A DNA stretch of 64,000 nt from an uncultured Chloroflexia bacterium. GTDB lineage: Bacteria; Chloroflexota; Chloroflexia; QHBQ01; JADMIH01. This document shows positions 41,865 to 52,311 of this stretch, in pieces. The notes below the pieces were generated by a model. The model made no database searches, was not told where the DNA came from, and worked only from the letters and a program-made list of their open reading frames with translations. The stretch's first letter is position 1, and every line of letters starts with the position of its first letter. The DNA lies in contig CAWCNY010000001.1 in the NCBI GenBank assembly GCA_963797095.1, positions 1 through 64,000 of the forward strand. The letters are read 5' to 3'. A program made the position numbers and the translations under genes.

Positions 41865-42962
41865 CTATGGTCCCTGGCCCGTGGTTGGTGTAACAGTGGG
41901 TACCGGCACAGTAGGCGTAGCTGTGCCCACCGACTGGCCTCCGGTGTCGGTGGTGGGTGTCGCCGGGACGGTTGTAGCTCCTGTCGTGGCGGTTGCCTCT
42001 ATAGTAGCGGTGGCGGGCAGCGCGATGGTAGCAGTGTTGACAGGAGTGAGAGTGGGCGCGGATGTCGGTATCGTCGTAGCAGTTGCCGCAGGCGGGATAG
42101 GGGTGTTGCTAGGCGCGCGCGTATAGGTGGGCGCCGGCACAAAGGTAGCCGTAGCTGCCACCGTGTTTGTAGCGACAGGTGCTGTCGTAGCTGTGTTAGC
42201 AGGAGCAGTCGTGTTCGTAGGAGGCGCACCTGGCGGGTTGGTCGGTGGTAGAGGTGGGTTGGTGGGGTTGGGTGCGGGCGTGTTCGTGCGGTTTGACACG
42301 GCAGTCACAGTGCTTCCCACTGCGGGTGGGCTGCTCGGTTGTGCCGCACGTGTATTCGTGGGCTGCGTCGCGTGTGTAGCTGTGGTAGCGGGCGTCATAC
42401 GTCGCGTAGCTGTAGGTACGGGTGTTTCCGCCCCACCCGTATCGGCCGGATCGTTACTGATCTGTGGGCCGGAGTCTCCTTTGGGCGGCTGGCTATCCTC
42501 CTCCTGGCTCGAATCTGATTGCGATTCGCCCGAAATTGTAGAGGTAGCTTTGCCGGATATGCTCGTCGGAACAACTGTGATGGTTATGCTCACCATCGTG
42601 CCCTCCGGCGTGCGCGAGGGAACGGGCGTGCCCGCTCCCGGGCATCCCTCCGGTGGTGCAGGGATAATATCATCCAGGTATGTGTAATAAGCGCGTAAAT
42701 TAGCGCCCTGCGCCGTGACCAATTCATATGGCCTGTTGGGATCGCCTGTTGCGTGGCAAAGTGCGACCTTCGTTGGGCCGGGCGCGCTTACAGCTTGCGC
42801 GGTGGCATCAGGCGCAAGCGTGCCTATGGCTGTCGGGGTTGGCAGCCTCGGCTTGTTATCGTCGTTTCCGCACGCTGCGAGAATAAGGGCAATGGATATT
42901 ATCAAAATGGCGAGCCAGATTTTGTGAATATGTGAACCGAAGCGTGAAGTGGGCTTGAGCAT
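41865..42962 (-). CDS. Lipoprotein with long Pro/Thr-rich tail
   Basis: Lipobox LAAC; small KVALCHATG..PY domain; low-complexity C-terminal half. Confidence 0.7.
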   Translation of the reverse strand: MLKPTSRFGSHIHKIWLAILIISIALILAACGNDDNKPRLPTPTAIGTLAPDATAQAVSAPGPTKVALCHATGDPNRPYELVTAQGANLRAYYTYLDDIIPAPPEGCPGAGTPVPSRTPEGTMVSITITVVPTSISGKATSTISGESQSDSSQEEDSQPPKGDSGPQISNDPADTGGAETPVPTATRRMTPATTATHATQPTNTRAAQPSSPPAVGSTVTAVSNRTNTPAPNPTNPPLPPTNPPGAPPTNTTAPANTATTAPVATNTVAATATFVPAPTYTRAPSNTPIPPAATATTIPTSAPTLTPVNTATIALPATATIEATATTGATTVPATPTTDTGGQSVGTATPTVPVPTVTPTTGQGP

Positions 42963-43093
42963 GATGTTGTGTCCCTCTTTTGCAATTCCGTGTGCGTAGT
43001 GGTTTCAGCCAGGACGTGAGTTCGCCCACCACACCTATTGCAAATTCAGTACCAACAGCCGTTTTGCCCCTAGTCGTCCGCCTCGTCGAACGC

Positions 43094-44848
43094 TCAATTG
43101 CCCAGTACTTTGTCAGGGAAGAGGTCCCTGTACGCGAGGCCCACGTTGGCCCGTTCCACCTGGAACCCCGTGGGATTCAGCGGGTCGTAAGTTAGAATGG
43201 CGCGCTCGAATACCTGCACCGTGACCGTGCGCTTCTCGCTCCCCTTTGTCACCTCAATGGTGAAGGCTTCGCTCATCGGTAGCCCGGTGTCGTGCAGCCA
43301 GCCGCCGGGGAAGAGCCAAGCGTCATTGATATAGCGCCAGAAATAGGCAGGCACAATATGCCCGCTCCGGCCAGCAAGCCCGGCATCGAACGGCACGAAC
43401 ACAGATCCATCCGCGTTATTGACAACACCCCCAGCCGTCGAAGGAGTGGTGATGCGCGCATCCGCCGCTACCCTGCCCGCCAGGTCGCCATAAGTTGGCC
43501 CCTCGCTTCCCGCTATCTTCACATTGGCCCCGCTGCTGATCAGCTCCGGCACAAGCAAGCCATAAGCATATGCCCAATCGCCCAGGAACTCGGCGCTGTG
43601 GTCTTCCAACCGCCCCTTCTCAAAATACTGCACGTTGTCGAGCACCGGGCCAATTGGCGGCCCCAGCACCTTCTCTCCCGTAACCCGTGCGTAGTACCTC
43701 TCGAACTGCGGTCCGATTTCGTACGCTTGCGTCGGATTAGCGGTTGGCACGGGGGTGGCAGCCGGCTCCTGGCCCGCTGGCATATCGTCTCCGCGCGGGT
43801 CGACATTCGGGTTGGCCTTCTCCCACCCGCTATACGCGTCCGCCATTTCCGAGAATGTGGCCCACTGCGCCTTCCCCGACCTCACGAGCGGATCGACTAT
43901 CGTGGAGAGCCACCGGTCAAGCAAAGCATAGGGCTGGTTGCGCGCCCCCACAAGCTCGCCGGGCCTGATCGTGATATGAAACACATTCACCTTGCCTGCC
44001 TGCGCGCTCTTGAGCGAGTTTTGCAACTCCCCGGTCAGGTATTGGAAATAAGCCGCGTCACCTATCTGGTTCCGCCGCAGATCGTAGTCCACCCGGCGGA
44101 ATTTGCCGTCGGGCAGATACACAACCTTCCCCTTGGGGTCGTTGCGCGCGAAGGCGGTCAGGCCCCGGTCGCCAGGTCCCCCGGCGGGCCGCCACGGATT
44201 CACCCCAAGCACCAGCGCATCGGTCAGTTGGGTCCTGGGGTTCTGGTAATCGCTCATCACGTCCAACCCTGCTTGCGAGGCCGCCTGAAGGATGCCCGGA
44301 AATAGATACCCTCCGCTCAGGTATCGGATCGGCCCCGTCACTCCCGTTTCCTTAATGATCCCAACTTCCTCCGACAGGGCCGCGGCCCATGTATCCACCG
44401 GCAGGGTTTGTGGGTTCGCGCCGAGATGGGCATACTCGTTGAAGTGCAGCCCGATCTCGTGCCCGTGCGCCTGGAGGTCGCGCAAGATCGTGGACCCCGT
44501 ATCGGCAACTATCTGCGTGAAGGGTGTCTGTACCTGCACAGTTAGCACGCCGCTGTGCTTCTCCACAACCGCCGCCAGCAGGCGCAGCATCATCGAATGC
44601 TGGTTGAATAGCACGCGGTTGTTGTAGTCAAGCCCGTTGCCAATCGGCACCGGGGTGGCTCCCGGCACAAGCTTGCTGGGCCTGGCGCCGAACGGCTCGA
44701 TCTGCACCCCTATCCCGATCAGCAGCTTGCCCTCAGGTGCATCAACCATACCCGCGCTAGCAGAAGGCGCAGGCGCGTGCAGGCTCGATATTATGAGAGC
44801 GATAGCGGCAAGCCACCCTACCACTCTGTAGCCGTGTCTGTCTCTCAT
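43094..44848 (-). CDS. Secreted protein: polysaccharide-deacetylase-like N-terminal domain plus the ~200-aa domain
   Basis: GHEIGLHF motif; C-terminal QYFEKGRLEDH..GGWLHDTGLPM..FERAILTYD. Confidence 0.75.
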   Translation of the reverse strand: MRDRHGYRVVGWLAAIALIISSLHAPAPSASAGMVDAPEGKLLIGIGVQIEPFGARPSKLVPGATPVPIGNGLDYNNRVLFNQHSMMLRLLAAVVEKHSGVLTVQVQTPFTQIVADTGSTILRDLQAHGHEIGLHFNEYAHLGANPQTLPVDTWAAALSEEVGIIKETGVTGPIRYLSGGYLFPGILQAASQAGLDVMSDYQNPRTQLTDALVLGVNPWRPAGGPGDRGLTAFARNDPKGKVVYLPDGKFRRVDYDLRRNQIGDAAYFQYLTGELQNSLKSAQAGKVNVFHITIRPGELVGARNQPYALLDRWLSTIVDPLVRSGKAQWATFSEMADAYSGWEKANPNVDPRGDDMPAGQEPAATPVPTANPTQAYEIGPQFERYYARVTGEKVLGPPIGPVLDNVQYFEKGRLEDHSAEFLGDWAYAYGLLVPELISSGANVKIAGSEGPTYGDLAGRVAADARITTPSTAGGVVNNADGSVFVPFDAGLAGRSGHIVPAYFWRYINDAWLFPGGWLHDTGLPMSEAFTIEVTKGSEKRTVTVQVFERAILTYDPLNPTGFQVERANVGLAYRDLFPDKVLGN

Positions 44849-45142
44849 GCCATCACCAAATCCAAAACTGTACCAAAGTACACCCCAAAACCTGTCCCGT
44901 TTGTCCCACTAATGTCATTTAGTAAGTGAGGGCGGATCCACGCACCCATCCATTCTACCGCCTCAAGTATAACCGTATGTTCGTCCATCTGTGTTATTGA
45001 GCGATTAGCCGCGTGTAAAAGGAATGTAAAACCCTCAACGAACAATAAGACATATCCCACATGGGTAAGCGTTCTCTGTATCTCGGTGCTATAATGTGGT
45101 GCGGACGCAAGCGAGTATGTAAGCCTATCCAGATGGGTATGT

Positions 45143-47725
45143 ATGGCTGACCGGATTACTTTTGGACGCTGGTTGATGACCCGGCGGCAATCCCTCGACC
45201 TCACACGGGATGAGCTTGCCGACAGAATAGGTTGCGCTCCCATCACCATCGCCAAGATCGAGCGCGACGAGCGAAAGCCCTCTCGCCAGATGGCCGAGCT
45301 ACTGGCTGATGTCTTCCTCCCTGCCAACGAAGATCGCGAGCGATTTGTGCGGTGGGCGCGCGGAGTGCCCACCAATCAGGGGCTTCTCGAACTGCCCACG
45401 GCCCCCGTAATCACCGATCAAAGCCCCATAGATCCTGCACAGTCCCAAGAATCCGCGCAAAATCGCTTCAACAATCTCCCGTTTTCGCTCACCTCCCTCG
45501 TAGGGCGCGAAGACGATGTAGCCAGGGTGCGCTCCATACTGTGGCGCTCGGATGTGCGCCTCCTCACCCTTACAGGCCCGCCCGGTATCGGCAAGACCCG
45601 CCTGAGTATGGCCGCAGCCTCCTCTATAAGCGATGATTTCGAGCACGGCGTTTGCTGGGTTCCTCTCGCCCCTATCACCGACCCCGATCTGGTTGCCTAC
45701 ACCATAACCCAGGTGCTCAACCTGCCCGAGTCCACACGCACAGATCCACTTCGTACCCTGCGCACCTATCTTCGCAACAGGCACATGCTCCTTGTAGTGG
45801 ATAACTTCGAGCAGGTGGTATCCGCTGGCGGTCTCATCTCGGCGCTCCTGTCGTCTTGCCCCATGCTCAAAGTGATCGTGACCAGCCGCGAGAGGCTCCA
45901 CATCTACGGTGAGCACGAATACCCACTTTCCCCCCTCGCACTGCCAGGCCCCGGTTCGTCTTCTCCAAAGAAAGAGATGGGCAACGACGAAGCACCATCA
46001 GCAAGTAGCCGTTTGGCCGCTGTTTCCTCGGTAGCCTTGTTCGTGCAGAGGGCGCAAGCGGTCAGCCCCTCGTTCGAGCTAACCCTTGAGAACGAAGATG
46101 CAGTTGCCGCAATTTGCAGAGAGTTGGACGGTTTGCCCCTTGCCCTCGAGCTTGCCGCTGCTCGCGTGCGCTTCCTGCCGCCTCAAGCCTTGCTATCCAG
46201 GCTGGACAACCGCCTCGGCCTGTTGACAGGTGGGGCTCGCGACCTTCCCCCCAGGCAGCAAACTCTGCGCGGAGCCATAGGCTGGAGCTATGAGCTACTC
46301 ACTCCCTCCGAGAAAGCTCTTTTCAATATGCTGGGTGTGTTCGTAGGGGGGTGCACCCTTGAGGCGATTGAGGCTGTGGCCGGTACGCAGCCCGCCCATT
46401 TAGACGTGCTGGATGGGCTTGCCTCCCTGGTGGACAAAAGCCTCGTGCGGCAAGACGAACTGGAGTCGCAGACGGTCCATGCGCAGGACTCGCCAGATGT
46501 AAAAGAAAGTCCTTTGCCTGAGCATGACCCGCGTTTCACTATGTTGGAGATGATAAGGGAATACGCCCTGGAACAACTGGCCATCAGTGACACTGTCCAG
46601 GAAGTACGCGAGCAACATCTTGAGTATTACACAGCCCTGGCCGAGCGTGCCGATGCCTACTATTACGGGAATGAGCAGATCAAATGGCTGGAGCGTATGG
46701 AACTGGAGCGAGACAACTTTCGAGCGGCCATGAGGTGGGCGCTGGACTCCGAGCGCCATGTGGACGCCCTTAGAGTGGCTGTTGCGTTGTGGGCGTTCTG
46801 GTACAAGCGCCTCTATGTGCACGAGGGCTTGCAGTGGCTGCACGAAGCTTTGGACGGTGCCGCTGATGCTTCTCTCAAATTGCGGGCCGAGGGCAACCTT
46901 GCCCTTGGGGCGCTGATGATCGCCCAGGATGAATACGCGCAGGCCAAGCCATATATGGAGCGGGCATTGCAGTTCTATACCTTGATCGGGGATGCCGGCA
47001 GCGTTGGGCGTTGCGTGAATGGCCTTGCTCTCTCCTACCTGCAACTGGGCGATCCCATCAAAGCCGTGCAACTGATCGAGCAAAGCATAGCTGTCCAACA
47101 GGCGGCAGGCCACAAGGTCAGACTCGCGCTGGCCCATTCCAACATGGGCTACGCACTCATGCAGTTGCGGCGCTATCAGGAGGCCAGGGTCCACGCCGAG
47201 CAATCGTTGGTGCTCAGACGCGAAAACAGCGACCTGGAGGGGATTGGCACATCCCTGTTGATCCTGGGCGGGATCGCCATGCACGAAGAGCAGTACGACA
47301 GTGCAATCGTCCTGTTCGAGGAAGCGCTGGATATATGCCGCCAGGTAGGCGACCGTCGCGACGCGGCTACTGCCCTCATGGGTCTGGGGTTATGCAGGTT
47401 GAACCAGGGGCATTACGAAGAAGCGGAACCGTGGTACAGGCAAAGCCTGTCGATGTATCGCGACCTGGGCAACGAGTTCGGCATAGCTCGCGTGCTGGTT
47501 GGCCTGGCGGGCATTTTATCCGCCAGGCGCGAAGACGCGCGCGCTGTGCGCCTGTGCGGGGCCACTCTCCACTACTACGAGCCTCTGCTTACCAGGGTCT
47601 TGCCTGCCGAGTTGGATCTATACAACAAAGTGCTGGCCGATGCGCGTGCGCGCCTGGGTGACGCGGTTGTAAATACCCTGATGTACGAAGGCGGCCTCCT
47701 CGGCAGAGAAGAAGCAAGGCCCTAG
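45143..47725 (+). CDS. XRE-HTH + NB-ARC (STAND) ATPase + TPR transcriptional regulator
   Basis: FGRWL..KIERDERKPS; GPPGIGKTRL; LVVDNFEQ; DGLPLALELAAAR; TPR repeats. Confidence 0.9.
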   Translation: MADRITFGRWLMTRRQSLDLTRDELADRIGCAPITIAKIERDERKPSRQMAELLADVFLPANEDRERFVRWARGVPTNQGLLELPTAPVITDQSPIDPAQSQESAQNRFNNLPFSLTSLVGREDDVARVRSILWRSDVRLLTLTGPPGIGKTRLSMAAASSISDDFEHGVCWVPLAPITDPDLVAYTITQVLNLPESTRTDPLRTLRTYLRNRHMLLVVDNFEQVVSAGGLISALLSSCPMLKVIVTSRERLHIYGEHEYPLSPLALPGPGSSSPKKEMGNDEAPSASSRLAAVSSVALFVQRAQAVSPSFELTLENEDAVAAICRELDGLPLALELAAARVRFLPPQALLSRLDNRLGLLTGGARDLPPRQQTLRGAIGWSYELLTPSEKALFNMLGVFVGGCTLEAIEAVAGTQPAHLDVLDGLASLVDKSLVRQDELESQTVHAQDSPDVKESPLPEHDPRFTMLEMIREYALEQLAISDTVQEVREQHLEYYTALAERADAYYYGNEQIKWLERMELERDNFRAAMRWALDSERHVDALRVAVALWAFWYKRLYVHEGLQWLHEALDGAADASLKLRAEGNLALGALMIAQDEYAQAKPYMERALQFYTLIGDAGSVGRCVNGLALSYLQLGDPIKAVQLIEQSIAVQQAAGHKVRLALAHSNMGYALMQLRRYQEARVHAEQSLVLRRENSDLEGIGTSLLILGGIAMHEEQYDSAIVLFEEALDICRQVGDRRDAATALMGLGLCRLNQGHYEEAEPWYRQSLSMYRDLGNEFGIARVLVGLAGILSARREDARAVRLCGATLHYYEPLLTRVLPAELDLYNKVLADARARLGDAVVNTLMYEGGLLGREEARP

Positions 47726-48081
47726 CACACCTGCTCGTCGTCGGCTCGCCATGCCGGGTGTACTATGCACAGGAACACAAGGTCGTCCGGCCCTCTGTTC
47801 TCGATGTGCTGCACAGCCCCAGGCGGCACATATATTACACTGCCACCGGAAACCTCAGACTCCTCACCCTCGACGTGCATAATGCCCGCCCCTGAAAGGA
47901 TGTAATATACCTCAGACCCAAGCAGCACATGAGGCCGCGATGCCTCCCCCGCCCGAACAAGCGCATGAGCCAGACTGTAAGGCACGTCCACAGAGACCTG
48001 CGAGGGGTGCAACACCTCCCGCAAAATCGTTCCATCGCCCGCCACAAACGCAGCCATATCGGCAGCATCAATCTTCAGCAT
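47722..48081 (-). CDS. Cupin domain protein
   Basis: PH..EVYYILSG.G, YVPPGAVQHIEN. Confidence 0.88.
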   Translation of the reverse strand: MLKIDAADMAAFVAGDGTILREVLHPSQVSVDVPYSLAHALVRAGEASRPHVLLGSEVYYILSGAGIMHVEGEESEVSGGSVIYVPPGAVQHIENRGPDDLVFLCIVHPAWRADDEQVC

Positions 48082-48175
48082 AAGTCAAACCGGTGCGTAC
48101 TGCGTATCGCTTACTGCGTATCGCGTCCACTCGTCCCTCGTCCTCTGACTACCGACTACCATCGTGCCTCGTTCC

Positions 48176-49642
48176 TCATGGCTGCAAAACCCCTTCGCTC
48201 CTGCCTCCAACCTCTATCCGCACATCCCGCACCGTCGAGAACTGCTTCAGCGTGGCGGTGATCTGGTCGCGAATAGCTTGCACCCGCGCCGACCCTCCGC
48301 CATAAGCATTGATCTCCTCCGAGAAATCGGCGGTCGCCACTCCGTCCTTGATTATCAGGCCGCGCAGCGTCACGCGTGGCCCCCAGGTTGGCTCGCGGCC
48401 CGTGAAGTTCAGAACCTTTTCAGGCGAGGGTAAGGCCGTGCCGAACCCCGCTAGCGAAGACGGGTCGATGCCCCACAGTAGTTCCTGAAGGGCAGCCGTC
48501 GCGGGCGCGGGTGTCTTAGGAATTGCCCTTCTCGTCTCTTGAAGCTGCTGGTCGTCGTCAAGGAAATACAGTTTGACCTGCTGGCTGTCCGGGCTATCGA
48601 AGTACAACACGCTTACGTTTTGCCGCGCAATCACTTCACCCAACTCGTGCCTGAGCGTGAGCATGGCTTCGGGCGACGCAGGGCGTGGCGGCTGGCTCTC
48701 GATCAGCCAGTTGATGCTATCTACAACTATAGGGTCGCCATCTTCGCGCAGCACCTGTAGCGTGTTGGTGAATACAGTGCCATCCTCCCACCGCAATTCG
48801 GCCTCTATTTGCGTATCGTCACCTTTGAACCGCGCCACGATATGCAACGGCAAAGTGGTGACCGCACTGGGAGCGGGCATCTGGATGGCGGCGTCCGTGA
48901 CCCCCGCGAGTTGATCGGTTATCTGCACCGCATCCGCGCCGATATTGCCGCGTTCAACCTGGAAGTCGGCGGGGTTCTTCGCGTCGTAAGTCAGCACCGC
49001 GCGCTCGAACGCCTGGAGCATAATCGCTCGCGTTTCCCCGTTCTTCTCGACTGTGGCACTCATGACCTGGGTCATGGGTAGGCCCACATCGTGCAGCCAG
49101 CCGCCGGGGAACAGGTCGGCACGGTTGATGTAATCCCAGAAGTAGTCGGGCACCACGTAACCGGGGGCCGAGCCAAGCCCGGCGTCAAACGGCACAAACG
49201 TGCCATTCACCATCTTGATCACGCCTGTTCTTGAGCCGCCCACCACCGTCCTGCGACCCGGGTCGTGCGCCGCGCTCAGATTGGCATACGTGATACTGGT
49301 CGTGCTGACCGAGTCATCGGGGCTGCCTTCCATCAACTCCGGCACCAGCAACCCGTAAGTAAAGGCCCAGGCCGGGTTGTCGCTCTCGCCCCGGTGGTCT
49401 TCGATGCGTCCTTTCTCGAAGTACTGGGCCGGGTAAGTGTAGGCAAACACCTCACCTCCCACCGGGTTGCCCAGCACGCGCAATCCCTCATGCTCGTTGT
49501 AGTACGATTGGAAGCGCTGCGCCACCTCCGGGGCCGCCACGGCTATCCAAGTCGGTTGAAGCCTCTGCGGCACGAACAAAGAGATAGCGAGCACGATTGC
49601 GCATAGAGCCAGACGCGTCAAAATAAGGGGCTTGAGGGGCAT
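48176..49642 (-). CDS. Secreted protein: ~200-aa domain plus C-terminal GerMN domain
   Basis: VKLYF..AALQELL..ATADFS..QITATLKQFSTVRDVRI. Confidence 0.8.
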   Translation of the reverse strand: MPLKPLILTRLALCAIVLAISLFVPQRLQPTWIAVAAPEVAQRFQSYYNEHEGLRVLGNPVGGEVFAYTYPAQYFEKGRIEDHRGESDNPAWAFTYGLLVPELMEGSPDDSVSTTSITYANLSAAHDPGRRTVVGGSRTGVIKMVNGTFVPFDAGLGSAPGYVVPDYFWDYINRADLFPGGWLHDVGLPMTQVMSATVEKNGETRAIMLQAFERAVLTYDAKNPADFQVERGNIGADAVQITDQLAGVTDAAIQMPAPSAVTTLPLHIVARFKGDDTQIEAELRWEDGTVFTNTLQVLREDGDPIVVDSINWLIESQPPRPASPEAMLTLRHELGEVIARQNVSVLYFDSPDSQQVKLYFLDDDQQLQETRRAIPKTPAPATAALQELLWGIDPSSLAGFGTALPSPEKVLNFTGREPTWGPRVTLRGLIIKDGVATADFSEEINAYGGGSARVQAIRDQITATLKQFSTVRDVRIEVGGRSEGVLQP

Positions 49643-49723
49643 TGATACTCCTTTGAGTGCAGATGTGGATTGTGGATAGTCTAGCAAGTGGGAGAGAAAG
49701 GCGTCAAGCCACCTATTGTGGGG

Positions 49724-50299
49724 TCAGCGCCGGGCGATTACGTGGAACGCGTGCCAGTATTTGGGCGCGCCGCTGGCGACGGTGCCCATCCTCTCCTCTT
49801 CCGTAAGCTCGATCACCTGCATATCGCTCAACAAGTCGTCGATCTCCTCGCGCGTCAGAAAGGTCATATCGCTCTCCGGTGTGTTCCAGCCATCATGTAT
49901 CCCGAAGAACTGCCCAGCGAAGATCCCGCTCGGCCATAGAGAGCTTTTCAAGCGGGCGAACGCATCATCGAAGCGCGATCTTGTAATGAAGGGAAGGGAG
50001 AATTGGGCGTTCACGAAATCATAGGTCTCAGGCTTGAACTCGAAGTCCTCGATACTCGATTGGACGGCCGTCAGCCTCTCCTGCGGTAGCTCTGCCAGCA
50101 GCGCGATGGCCTCGGCCTCACGATCCACGGCGGTGACGTGCCACCCTTTCGCCAGCAAATATCGTGTATCGCGACCCGCCCCGCAGCCAAGATCGAGCGC
50201 ATACTTCTTGCGCTGAGCCAGCGCGGCGGCCCTCTCCATCAAGGGCCAGTGCGGGTTGTCTTTGGTGGCCCTGTAGAAATCCGACCAACTTCTGTTCAT
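49724..50299 (-). CDS. Class I SAM-dependent methyltransferase
   Basis: ALDLGCGAGRD motif I. Confidence 0.88.
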   Translation of the reverse strand: MNRSWSDFYRATKDNPHWPLMERAAALAQRKKYALDLGCGAGRDTRYLLAKGWHVTAVDREAEAIALLAELPQERLTAVQSSIEDFEFKPETYDFVNAQFSLPFITRSRFDDAFARLKSSLWPSGIFAGQFFGIHDGWNTPESDMTFLTREEIDDLLSDMQVIELTEEERMGTVASGAPKYWHAFHVIARR

Positions 50300-50353
50300 A
50301 CTTTATACCCCGAGCCAGGTTCGGTGCACCGCGTGGCTCTTCCTGTTGTCATC

Positions 50354-51986
50354 TTACTGCGGCCAATGCCTGTTAGACCAGTGGACCGGATAGGTGTCGA
50401 GTTTGCCTTTGGTTGCCGCATCCAGCAGTGCATTATACGCATTCCACCGCGAAAAATGGAAGGACTGCCAATCCTGCCACTGCGTGTCCTGCTGCATTCC
50501 GGCGAGGCGATACGAAAGTTCATATGGTAGATCGTAGTTGACCTGCCCCGTAGTAGTGTCCAATCCCGCTACCAGGGCGGGCACCGCGTCATCGGACAAC
50601 AGGTAGAGATAGCGCGTGGCAAGCTCATCGTTGCGGCGCAGGTTGTGGGCGGCCACATCCGCATCCGGGTTGAGCGTATTGGCAATCACAATAAAGGCCA
50701 TCCCGGCCATGAACGCGCCGATGGCGAAGCGATCGCGCCTGAACCACATAGTAAGGAGATAGTGAGGAGCAGCCACCAGCACAGCGCGCCCAGGCACACG
50801 ATGAAGGTACGCACGTAGAGTCGGGTGGCCGTGTTGATGTAGAACTCGATATTCTCCCACACCACCATCCTCATAAACGCCGACACGAGCATCACCATCG
50901 CCAGCCCGATCATCACCGTGTTGAGCAACTTGACGTTGCGCTCCTGCCCCTCAGTCACCCGCTGCATCGCCCGGCGCAGCCCCAGGATCAGCACCATCGT
51001 AAGCAAGGCCACCATCAGCAACTCGCCGAAGCCCCGGCGCACGTACTCGCGGTACTCCTCGAAGCCCATCGTGCGGGCGGCCTCGCCCGAGAATAGCACC
51101 GTAAACTGTATCCAGGCGAACAGCGCGAATAAGGCGTTCACCAGCCCCAGCACAAGCGATCCTTCTACATAAGAAAGCCCCCGGCTCCTGAGCGCCACCG
51201 TGGGCTGGCCGCTCGCCTGTTGCGCAGCGGCTGGTGTAGGTTTGAGCGCGTGCCTAAACGCCCCCGCGATGGCCCACGCCGACCCCAGGATGATCAGCAG
51301 GCGCAAGAACGCTTCGGGCGCATCTGACATGAACCGCAGCTTGAGCAGATTCCCCACCAACCCCTCGAAAATGCTGTCGGCCTGCGATAGCAGCACCGTG
51401 AACAGCGCCAGGATCGGTATCGCGAGCAGGATGCCGCGCACTATCTCAAGAGCGCGCTTGCTGTGGGCGGGATTGGAGGTCGCCTGCCGGGCCATGCTCC
51501 CGGCCACCGGCGTGGGCCGCCGCAAGCTCTCCCTCACCATTTTCGCCACGGTCAGCGGGTAGCCGAGCAGCCCAAGCGCCTCCACCCGCCCTCCTGTGAA
51601 GAAGTAGACGAACAGGAGCAGCAGTACAAATGTGGCCCCAGGTTCGTGAGGGTAAGCTCAGGGTTGGCGCGCACCGCCACCATCCCCGCGCAGAAAAAGA
51701 GCGGCACCATAATCCAGAGGTTGCGCCACGCCACTTTCACCCGCTCCATAAGCCCCAGGGTCACCAGCGCCCCTACCATCAGGCTTACGAACAGCAGGCT
51801 CGATATACCCGCCGCCTTCTTGTAAAAGAGCACGTCCACCGACCCACCGAGCACCAGCGCCACAAGCAGGACCCGGTTGATCGATCTCCCTTCCGACTTC
51901 GCGGTAACAGCGTTATTGCCGGCACCCACAACGCGCACACGACGCGCAAGCAGGGTAGTGCGGTTTACCTGTTCACTCACAGCCAT
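50354..51986 (-). pseudogene. DUF4153-type membrane protein, split into three frames
   Basis: LL..AD..F, EYVRRGFGEL, LNPD, YL..LSDDAVP; breaks near 51637 (G run) and 50748-50769 (11-bp duplication). Confidence 0.8.
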
Positions 51987-52217
51987 AGTTGATCCCCTCC
52001 TGAAAGGTGGTGATGCGGGTACAACGGACCGCTAGAATACAGGTTGCGATTCATCGCTCCCTTGCTATCCCAGGACGTTGATATGGGTCGATAGTCTCAG
52101 ATCGTCTTTACTTCTATCGACTCAGGACAGGAGCAGTGAAAACCTGTATAATTAGGCTATCGGTGCCACCCAAAGGGGTGCAGCCGGTCGGGTTTTGGGC
52201 TTAGTAAGGAGTATGGT

Positions 52218-52238
52218 GTGACCAGGATCGCTCTCTAG
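52218..52238 (+). promoter_or_regulatory. Candidate uORF (MTRIAL) of an ABC-F translational attenuator
   Basis: AAGGAG, 6 nt, then GTG; TATAAT at 52147-52152; 3' end complementary to the ABC-F initiation region. Confidence 0.55.
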
Positions 52239-52311
52239 TGATGTAAGTTGTATTATCGGTTTCAAGGCGTGGCGTCAGGCGCTTGCACGTCGTTCGTTCG
52301 CCTCTTAGAGA

